The notes below the pieces were generated by a model, which worked only from the letters and a program-made list of their open reading frames with translations, did no database searches and was not told where the DNA came from. Positions 1 to 6,929 of a stretch of DNA of 12,446 bases are shown here, piece after piece (the first letter of the stretch is position 1; every line of letters starts with the position of its first letter). Both the position numbers and the translations under genes were made by a program. The stretch covers positions 658-13,103 of the forward strand of contig CAZNJA010000037.1 in NCBI GenBank assembly GCA_964573245.1. Direction: 5' to 3'. Source of the stretch: an uncultured bacterium (GTDB lineage: Bacteria > CAIJMQ01).

Positions 1-291
1 GCTATAGTTTTATCAAAAGATGAGACAGTAGTCGGGGTAGGGGCAGGACAGATGAGTCGTATAGATTCTTGTCTTATTGCTCTTAGAAAGGCTAAAGAGA
101 GAGTAAAAGGAGCTGTTTTAGCTTCTGATGCTTTTTTCCCTTTTAACGATGTCGTGGAAGAAGCACATAAGGCGGGAATCACTGCGATTATACAGCCCGG
201 CGGTTCAAAAAGAGACCACGACAGCATAGATGCTTGCAATAAATATGGAATCGCAATGGTGTTTACAGGCGAAAGACATTTTAGGCACTAG
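1..291 (+). CDS. purH: Bifunctional AICAR transformylase/IMP cyclohydrolase, C-terminal fragment (5' truncated by window edge)
   Basis: Frame is open from base 1: [23 protein letters not shown]...[12 protein letters not shown]...[10 protein letters not shown]...[28 protein letters not shown] and the terminal RHFRH are PurH C-terminal signatures. The ORF-track ATG at 52 is internal. Confidence 0.97.
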   Translation, partial: AIVLSKDETVVGVGAGQMSRIDSCLIALRKAKERVKGAVLASDAFFPFNDVVEEAHKAGITAIIQPGGSKRDHDSIDACNKYGIAMVFTGERHFRH

Positions 292-293
292 AA

Positions 294-389
294 TAGTGAG
301 CGAGTAAACGGGTTAACCTGTAACGGGGAAATGAATTAATATTTAATCATTCAACTGGTTAACTTGCTAACCAGCAAACTGGTTGACTA
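294..389. repeat. Intergenic degenerate inverted repeat built from ~8-bp units
   Basis: 353-384 reads AACTGGTT AACTTGCT AACCAGCA AACTGGTT. The left arm has related units (AGCGAGTA AACGGGTT AACCTGT AACGGGGA). The ends TAGT (294) and ACTA (389) are complementary, around a central AT-rich palindrome at 331-350. Confidence 0.6.
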
Positions 390-402
390 AAAAGGGATAA
401 AA

Positions 403-960
403 ATGAACGAGGCGAAAATAAAAAAAGCCGTACGAATGATATTGGAAGCTGTCGGTGAGGATCCCAAAAGAGAGGGATTAAAACAAACGCCGCAGAGAGT
501 GGCAAATATGTATAAGGAAATCCTTGGCGGTATAGGCAAAAATCCCGCTTTGGAACTTAAAATCCTTAAAGGACAAAATTTTGATGAAATAGTTCTTGTT
601 AAGGATATCCCTTTTTATTCGCTTTGCGAACATCATATGTTGCCTTTTCACGGCAAAGCGCATGTTGCCTATATGCCCGCTGGAAATAGGATTGTGGGAA
701 TATCTAAATTACCGCGGGTTGTGGAAGTTCTGTCCCGCAGATTGCAAATACAGGAAAGATTTACTTCGCAAATCGCCGATGTAATAAACGAAACTATTAA
801 ACCTAAAGGCGTAATGGTAATTGTGGAAGCTGAACATCTCTGCGTTACTATGAGAGGCATCAAAAAAAGCGGGTCTACGGTGAAGACTTCGGTAGTAAGA
901 GGCATATTCCGCGAGAACGAAAAAACAAGAGCAGAGACACTTTCCCTTATAGGTAATTAA
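403..960 (+). CDS. folE: GTP cyclohydrolase I (FolE)
   Basis: GEDPKREGLKQTPQRVA, Zn-binding LCEHHMLPF, GISKLPR, RRLQIQER and EAEHLCVTMRG motifs; 185 aa; AGGGA RBS at 393-397. Confidence 0.97.
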   Translation: MNEAKIKKAVRMILEAVGEDPKREGLKQTPQRVANMYKEILGGIGKNPALELKILKGQNFDEIVLVKDIPFYSLCEHHMLPFHGKAHVAYMPAGNRIVGISKLPRVVEVLSRRLQIQERFTSQIADVINETIKPKGVMVIVEAEHLCVTMRGIKKSGSTVKTSVVRGIFRENEKTRAETLSLIGN

Positions 961-961
961 A

Positions 962-1552
962 ATGGATAAAAAATATATTGATGAACCTATAAATAAATAT
1001 CTTAACGATCTGGCAGCAAGGAAACCTGCACCAGGAGGAGGCAGTGCAGGCGCTTTGGCCGGAGCGGTTGCTGCGGGTTTGGTTTCAATGGCTGTAAATT
1101 TTAGTATCGGGAAAAACCCGCGAAATGATAAGAAATTAAGAACTCTTCTTAAAGAAAGTGAGAACTTAAGAAAGAAAATGAGTGCGTTGATTGATGAAGA
1201 TATCAAAGCCTATAAAAAAGTTTCAATCCTTTTTAAGTCCTCAAAAGCAAATAGCGAAAAAATCCAAAAAGCTTTAAAAAACGCGGCTAAAGTCCCGTTT
1301 GATATTGCGCAAATGGGAGTTAAAGTAATTAAACTAAATGAAAAATTATTTCCGATATGCAATCCCCGACTGATTTCCGACATAGTCGTATCGTTATCTC
1401 TTGCTTATAGCAGTATTGAAATAGGCATACTTAATGTTAAGGAAAACCTTGCAATTATTAAAGATAAAAAATTTAATAAAATATATAGAACAAAATCGGT
1501 GAATCTTAAGAAAATTGCTCATCGCATAAAAAACAAACTCTGTCAAAAATAG
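962..1552 (+). CDS. Formiminotransferase-cyclodeaminase (FTCD_C) / methenyltetrahydrofolate cyclohydrolase family protein
   Basis: N-terminal YLNDLAARKPAPGGGSAGALAGAVAAGLVSM, central LIDEDIKAY, then AAKVPFDI, NPRLISD and LNVKENL; 196 aa, all-helical pattern; starts 1 nt after the folE stop. Confidence 0.88.
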   Translation: MDKKYIDEPINKYLNDLAARKPAPGGGSAGALAGAVAAGLVSMAVNFSIGKNPRNDKKLRTLLKESENLRKKMSALIDEDIKAYKKVSILFKSSKANSEKIQKALKNAAKVPFDIAQMGVKVIKLNEKLFPICNPRLISDIVVSLSLAYSSIEIGILNVKENLAIIKDKKFNKIYRTKSVNLKKIAHRIKNKLCQK

Positions 1553-1562
1553 GAGAGTAAGA

Positions 1563-2540
1563 ATGGATATTGAAAAACTTTTTTCGGATGGATTAAAAGG
1601 TAAAACAGCATTAGTAACAGGCGGTGCGGGATTCATTGGTTCACATATCGCGGACAGATTGCTTGAATTTGGGGCTACGGTTAAAATAATCGATGATTTT
1701 TCCGAAGGAAAAGAAGAGAACATAGCGCACATAATGGATAAAATCGAACTGTTCAAAGGCGATATAAGAGACCTTGAACTATTAAGAAAAATCACCAAAG
1801 GAGTAAATTTCATATTTCATGAAGCGGCAAGAAGGTCTGTCCCCAAATCCATAGAAGACCCGCTGACTTATAACGATGTAAATGTAACGGGAATACTTAA
1901 TATGCTTCTTGCATCGCACGAAAATAAAGTGGAAAGATTTGTATTTGCTTCGTCTTCTTCCATATATGGAGAAATTGACGAAAAGAAACCTCAAGCAGAG
2001 ACATCTATCCCCAAACTTATTTCTCCATATGCCGCTACCAAAATTGCAGGCGAATATTACTGCAGAGTTTTTAACGAAACATACAAACTTCCAACTGTTG
2101 CTTTAAGATATTTCAATGTTTTCGGTCCCAGGCAATCTCTTGAAAGCCAATATGCCGTCGTTATTCCCAAGTTCATAAACTGTATTATGAAAGATGAACA
2201 ACCGCCTATACACGGAGACGGATTGCAGTCAAGAGATTTCACATATGTGAAAAATGTTGCGAATTTTAATCTTTTAGCCGCGATTAAAAGCGAAGCGGCA
2301 GGACAGATATTTAATGTCGCAATAGGACAGACATACAACCTATTACAACTTGTAGGGGATATAAATAAAATTTTAGGCAAAGATATAAAACCCACATTTA
2401 CTCCTCCCCGCGCAGGAGATGTTAAATATACTTGGGCTGATATGAGCAAAGCAAAGAAATTACTTGGTTATTCTGCAGAAGTAAGTTTCTTTGAAGGACT
2501 AAAGAAAACGGTTGAGTGGTATAAGAAGGATAGAAAGTAG
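1563..2540 (+). CDS. NAD-dependent epimerase/dehydratase (extended SDR), UDP-hexose/HexNAc 4-epimerase (WbpP/TviC-like)
   Basis: Rossmann motif VTGGAGFIGSH, SVPKS, ASSSSIYG, catalytic YAATK, LRYFNVFGPRQ, GDGLQSRDFTYV, PRAGDV; AGGAG RBS at 1551-1555. Substrate cannot be fixed from sequence. Confidence 0.92.
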   Translation: MDIEKLFSDGLKGKTALVTGGAGFIGSHIADRLLEFGATVKIIDDFSEGKEENIAHIMDKIELFKGDIRDLELLRKITKGVNFIFHEAARRSVPKSIEDPLTYNDVNVTGILNMLLASHENKVERFVFASSSSIYGEIDEKKPQAETSIPKLISPYAATKIAGEYYCRVFNETYKLPTVALRYFNVFGPRQSLESQYAVVIPKFINCIMKDEQPPIHGDGLQSRDFTYVKNVANFNLLAAIKSEAAGQIFNVAIGQTYNLLQLVGDINKILGKDIKPTFTPPRAGDVKYTWADMSKAKKLLGYSAEVSFFEGLKKTVEWYKKDRK

Positions 2541-2613
2541 GTTATTTTATCTAACCTTTTGTCGACTAAAAACATATTAGAAAATATATTTGCCTGTCAA
2601 TTTCCCTCCTTGT

Positions 2614-2638
2614 CCCGCCCTTGCGTGCAAGGGCTGGG
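2614..2638. repeat. GC-rich hairpin (REP-like palindrome or weak terminator)
   Basis: CCC GCCCTTGC GT GCAAGGGC T GGG: a perfect 8-bp inverted repeat (2617-2624/2627-2634) with CCC/GGG extension. No clean U-tract follows (TTCACTACTTT). Confidence 0.6.
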
Positions 2639-2667
2639 TTCACTACTTTCCCCTCCAATGCTATAAT
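2639..2667 (+). promoter_or_regulatory. Sigma70-type promoter for secA with extended -10
   Basis: TTCACT (2639-2644), 17-nt spacer, TATAAT (2662-2667) preceded by TG-n (2659-2661). Confidence 0.75.
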
Positions 2668-2675
2668 GCACCGTT

Positions 2676-5420
2676 ATGTTAGGCAATATATTATCCAATA
2701 TCCGTCAGAAAAAAGAACTGGCGCGTCTTTCTAAAATCGTTGAGGAAATTCATTCTCATGAATCCGAAATGCAGTCGCTTTCCGAGAATGGAATTCTCAA
2801 AAAAACGGAAGAATTAAAATCAATAGCCGCGCAAAAATATAAAGAAAGCGAGGAATTGCTAAAAGGGTTTAATGCAAAGATAGATATGGCTTCCGGCGCG
2901 GAAGAGAAGGGCAGAGTCAAGAAAGAGGTAAAGAATTTATATAATCAGATACTTAATGATATTCTGCCTCAGTCCTTTGCGTTGGTTAAAGAAGCTTGCA
3001 GAAAAATGGTGGGCAAACGTTGGAATGTCAGCGATATAGAGATTACGTGGGATATGGTGCCGTTCGATGTGCAGTTGATGGGAGGGATTGTTCTTCACGA
3101 GGGTAAGATTGCGGAGATGGCTACAGGTGAAGGAAAAACTCTTGTGGCAACTATGCCTGCGTATCTTAATGCTTTGCTCGGCAAGGGCGTGCATATCGTT
3201 ACTGTAAACGATTATCTTGCCCATAGAGACAGCGAATGGATGGGGCCCGTATATAAATCGCTCGGGTTGACGGTTGGGGTAATTCAATCAAATATGGATA
3301 TAACCGCAAGAAGAGAAGCATATAGCTGCGATATTACTTATGGGACGAATAATGAATTTGGGTTTGATTATCTGCGCGATAATATTTCCGTTAGGAAAGG
3401 AGATATCGTTCAGAGGAATTTGCATTATGCGATTATCGATGAGGTAGATTCCATACTGGTTGACGAAGCGCGGACTCCGCTTATTATTTCAGGCCCGACC
3501 GATGATTCGGTTGAAATGTATTTAAAAATAGACAAAATAGTCCGACGGCTAAAAAAAGGCGTCGATTATGAAGTGGATGAAAAAGCGCATACTGTTACTT
3601 TGACCGAAGATGGAATAGAAAGGGCTCAAGAATTATTAGGAATAGATTCGCTTTATGATACTGCGAATATGGGTTTTGCAGGGTGTATTCAGCAATCTTT
3701 GAGGGCGCATAATCTTTTTCGTGAAGATAAGGATTATCTTATAAAAGACGGGCAAGTGCTTATCGTTGACGAATTTACAGGCAGACTTCTTCCGGGAAGA
3801 AGGTATTCCGAAGGGCTGCATCAGGCGCTTGAAGCAAAATCTATAAATGAGGGAAAGCAGGTAACTATCGAAAGAGAAAACCAGACCTTAGCCACGATTA
3901 CTTTTCAGAATTATTTTCGCCTTTATTACGAGAAATATGCGGGTATGACAGGAACTGCCAAAACCGAAGAAGATGAGTTTAAAAGAGTGTATGACCTTGA
4001 AGTTGTTCAAATACCGACCAATAAAACCTTGCAAAGGACGGAAATGACAGATGTTATATACAAAACAAGGAAGGAGATGTTGAATGCAGTCGGACAAGAG
4101 ATAAGAGAATTGCATGAAAAGGGAAGACCCGTATTGGTCGGGACAATTTCGATACAAAGTTCGGAGGAAGTTTCTAAACTTCTTAAGGAAGAGGGCATAG
4201 AACATGAAGTTTTGAACGCTAAATACCATGAAAAAGAAGCGAAAATAATATCGGATGCAGGACAAAAATCAACGGTAACGATTGCAACGCAAATGGCAGG
4301 CAGAGGAACTGATATAAAGTTGGGCAAAGGCGTTGCCGAAATAGACGGACTTCATATATTGGGTGTGGAAAGGCATGAAGATAGGCGCATTGATAATCAA
4401 TTGCGCGGAAGGTCCGGCAGACAGGGCGACCCCGGCTCTTCGCAGTTTTTTCTTTCATTGGAAGATGACCTTTTAAGGATATTCGGCGGTGACAGAATAA
4501 AAAATCTTATGGGGCGTTTTGGACTTCCCGATAACGAGCCAATCATCCATCCTTGGCTTACAAGAACTATAGAGGGAGCGCAAAAACGCGTTGAGGAGCA
4601 AAATTTCGAAATAAGAAGAAATCTATTGAGTTTCGACGATGTTATGGATAGACAGCGCGAAGTTATATATAAAGAAAGAAGAAAAGCTCTGGAGGAAGAA
4701 AACTTAAAGGAAATTATTTTGCAGATGATGGACGATGTGATAGAAAACGAAATGTCTTTTTACGCGCCGGAAAATATTCATTCGGAAGATTGGGATTGGG
4801 AGAGTTTGAAAAAGTTCGTTTCTTCTCATTTTTCTATTTCTTTTCCTGCTATAGATGCAAATCAAATAAACACAAATGAATTAAAACATATTCTAAAAGA
4901 GAAAATACAAGAGGCATATACAGCAAGAGAGCGAGAAATGGGCGGTGAAGTAATGCGGTATTTGGAAAAAATAGTTTTGCTTCAGACCATAGACAGATGT
5001 TGGAAAGAACATCTGCGAGATATGGACGAGTTAAGACAGGGGATAGGTTTAAGAGGTTACGGCGGAACGAATCCATTGGTTGAATATAAGAAAGAAGCAT
5101 ATCAAATGTTCGGCGCTCTCAATTATAGAATTGAGAAAGAAATTACCAATTATCTTTTGAAAGTCAGAATATCCGAAGAAAGAAATCCCGAAAACATTTT
5201 GGCTTCTGATAGAATGAGATTTTTGCATCCGGACTCGATGGGTTTGAGAAGAGAAGGCACAACGTCTAAACAAATGCCTGATACTCGGGTTACTCATCAG
5301 CAAACGGATGAAAAGACAGTGCCTTATCGGAGAACACAACCCAAAATAGGGAGGAATGACCCTTGCCCGTGTGGCAGCGGGAAAAAATATAAAAATTGTT
5401 GCGGTAGAAATATCGTATAA
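2676..5420 (+). CDS. secA: Preprotein translocase ATPase subunit SecA
   Basis: FDVQLMGG, Walker [77 protein letters not shown] and C-terminal SEC-C zinc motif [19 protein letters not shown]; 914 aa. Confidence 0.99.
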   Translation: MLGNILSNIRQKKELARLSKIVEEIHSHESEMQSLSENGILKKTEELKSIAAQKYKESEELLKGFNAKIDMASGAEEKGRVKKEVKNLYNQILNDILPQSFALVKEACRKMVGKRWNVSDIEITWDMVPFDVQLMGGIVLHEGKIAEMATGEGKTLVATMPAYLNALLGKGVHIVTVNDYLAHRDSEWMGPVYKSLGLTVGVIQSNMDITARREAYSCDITYGTNNEFGFDYLRDNISVRKGDIVQRNLHYAIIDEVDSILVDEARTPLIISGPTDDSVEMYLKIDKIVRRLKKGVDYEVDEKAHTVTLTEDGIERAQELLGIDSLYDTANMGFAGCIQQSLRAHNLFREDKDYLIKDGQVLIVDEFTGRLLPGRRYSEGLHQALEAKSINEGKQVTIERENQTLATITFQNYFRLYYEKYAGMTGTAKTEEDEFKRVYDLEVVQIPTNKTLQRTEMTDVIYKTRKEMLNAVGQEIRELHEKGRPVLVGTISIQSSEEVSKLLKEEGIEHEVLNAKYHEKEAKIISDAGQKSTVTIATQMAGRGTDIKLGKGVAEIDGLHILGVERHEDRRIDNQLRGRSGRQGDPGSSQFFLSLEDDLLRIFGGDRIKNLMGRFGLPDNEPIIHPWLTRTIEGAQKRVEEQNFEIRRNLLSFDDVMDRQREVIYKERRKALEEENLKEIILQMMDDVIENEMSFYAPENIHSEDWDWESLKKFVSSHFSISFPAIDANQINTNELKHILKEKIQEAYTAREREMGGEVMRYLEKIVLLQTIDRCWKEHLRDMDELRQGIGLRGYGGTNPLVEYKKEAYQMFGALNYRIEKEITNYLLKVRISEERNPENILASDRMRFLHPDSMGLRREGTTSKQMPDTRVTHQQTDEKTVPYRRTQPKIGRNDPCPCGSGKKYKNCCGRNIV

Positions 5421-5434
5421 ATTAGGAGGTTACC

Positions 5435-6193
5435 ATGAGCATTTTCTTTTTTGGAAAAAAGAATAATGTAAAAAAAGAAACAAGCTCTGCTTTGGAACCG
5501 CATTCACAAAACAAAGATATTTGGGGCAAACCTGTTGCGGTTTTGTTTATGAGAATAGAAGGACAATCCAAGGTTTATGAGTTGCCGCATGACAAAGAAT
5601 TCAATATAGGCAAAGACTCCAAAAATGATTTGTGTTTGGACCAGCCCGATATTTCTGCTTTTCACGCAAAAATAACTCCTGTAAAAGACAGCTATGTTCT
5701 CTATAACTTATTATCGGAAGATGGAGTGAAAGTGAATCATCAACGGATTCATAAGTATAAATTAAGATTCGGGGATAAAATTGAAATTGGCTCCAATGTT
5801 TTGCTTTTTGATTTGAAAAGAGGGTATAGGAGAGACGATGAGTTTTTGGAAGGCGCCGAAAGAAGGAAAGCCGTAAGAATCTCTCCGCCGCTTACTTTAA
5901 GATTTATTGTTTATTCTCACAATAAAACTAAAGAATTTGTATCTTCAATAAAAGATATCAGTTTGGAAGGAGCAAGAATAGAATTGGAAGAAAAATTGCA
6001 GAAAGGAAGTATGATAGAAGCGCAAATTTATTCTCCGGAACTTCCTTCCATTGACTTGATAGCCACTATAGTGCGGGAAGTCGATTTTGACAAGAGTGGT
6101 AAAATGTTTTACGAGATTGGAGTTCAGTTCCTGGAAATGAGTGAAGAATCAAGGAAAAGCCTTCGTGCTTATCTTGTTAAATGTGTTTCTTAA
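5435..6193 (+). CDS. FHA domain + PilZ domain protein (paralog 1)
   Basis: FHA-like: FNIGKDSKNDLCLDQPDISAFHAKI...LYNLLSEDGVKVN...LRFGDKIEIG. PilZ: ERRKAVR (RxxxR), DISLEG (DxSxxG), YEIGVQFLEM. AGGAGG RBS in the 14-nt gap after secA. Confidence 0.88.
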   Translation: MSIFFFGKKNNVKKETSSALEPHSQNKDIWGKPVAVLFMRIEGQSKVYELPHDKEFNIGKDSKNDLCLDQPDISAFHAKITPVKDSYVLYNLLSEDGVKVNHQRIHKYKLRFGDKIEIGSNVLLFDLKRGYRRDDEFLEGAERRKAVRISPPLTLRFIVYSHNKTKEFVSSIKDISLEGARIELEEKLQKGSMIEAQIYSPELPSIDLIATIVREVDFDKSGKMFYEIGVQFLEMSEESRKSLRAYLVKCVS

Positions 6194-6205
6194 CAAATAT
6201 CCAAT

Positions 6206-6919
6206 ATGAAAGACGGAACCAACGATAATAATATTTTGGCGGATGTGCCGCAGAAAAAAGTGAAAAACAATTTTATTCGACCTGCTGTTCTTGTGTGTGA
6301 AAAAAATCACGGGAACTCCTCTGTTTACAATTTGCCCAATAATAAAGATTTTTTTGTGGGCAAGAATCCTGATAATGATTTATGTCTTGAAGGAGATAAT
6401 ATTTCTCATGTCCATGCAAAAATAAGCCCCGAACAAGACAGCTATGTGATTTATGATTTAGCCTCAGAAAGCGGATTGACTGTAAATTGGGCGAAAAAAT
6501 CAAAATGTAGATTGGAACATAAAGACAGAATTAAAATAGGCTCTTACAGTTTGATTTTTGAGTTTATAAAAGAAGGTAGAGTTTTTCGCGAAAGAAAAAT
6601 GGGAAATAGGACAGGTATGGTTGTGAAATTTTTGGTTAATTCGGAAAATGGCATAAAAGAAGTCAGTGGAATGGTGAAGGATATTAGTCTTAATAGTGCA
6701 TGGATAGAGTCGGAAAGAGAGTTGCAAAAGGGCAAAATCATAGAAGTGGGAATCTCTTCCGCTCAATTGCCGATTATTGAAGCTATAGCGCAGGTTATTT
6801 GGGAAAGAGCTCGAGACAAGGATGGGAAAATATTATACAATATAGGGCTTCAATTTTTGGAAATGGATGAGAAATCGAAAAACAGGTTGAAGGATTACCT
6901 TGGGGAAAGCATCCCCTGA
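6206..6919 (+). CDS. FHA domain + degenerate PilZ domain protein (paralog 2)
   Basis: FFVGKNPDNDLCLEGDNISHVHAKI...YDLASESGLTVN...LEHKDRIKIG, then ERKMGNR, DISLNS, AQVIW and YNIGLQFLEMD; collinear with its neighbours. Confidence 0.85.
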   Translation: MKDGTNDNNILADVPQKKVKNNFIRPAVLVCEKNHGNSSVYNLPNNKDFFVGKNPDNDLCLEGDNISHVHAKISPEQDSYVIYDLASESGLTVNWAKKSKCRLEHKDRIKIGSYSLIFEFIKEGRVFRERKMGNRTGMVVKFLVNSENGIKEVSGMVKDISLNSAWIESERELQKGKIIEVGISSAQLPIIEAIAQVIWERARDKDGKILYNIGLQFLEMDEKSKNRLKDYLGESIP

Positions 6920-6929
6920 ACAATGGCAG

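Noticed and set aside
294-389. CRISPR array or tRNA in the purH-folE spacer
   Set aside because: Units are only about 8 bp with no spacers, and there is no cloverleaf or T-loop.
478-5339. Antisense and alternate-frame ORFs in the track (e.g. 709-1206 -, 1394-1813 -, 2057-2449 -, 2937-3287 -, 3888-4265 -, 5049-5339 -)
   Set aside because: They overlap well-supported genes, have no recognisable motifs and show typical shadow-ORF composition.
2676-5420. Accessory SecA2 system
   Set aside because: Full length with a SEC-C zinc tail and no secY2/asp genes nearby; it looks like the housekeeping SecA.
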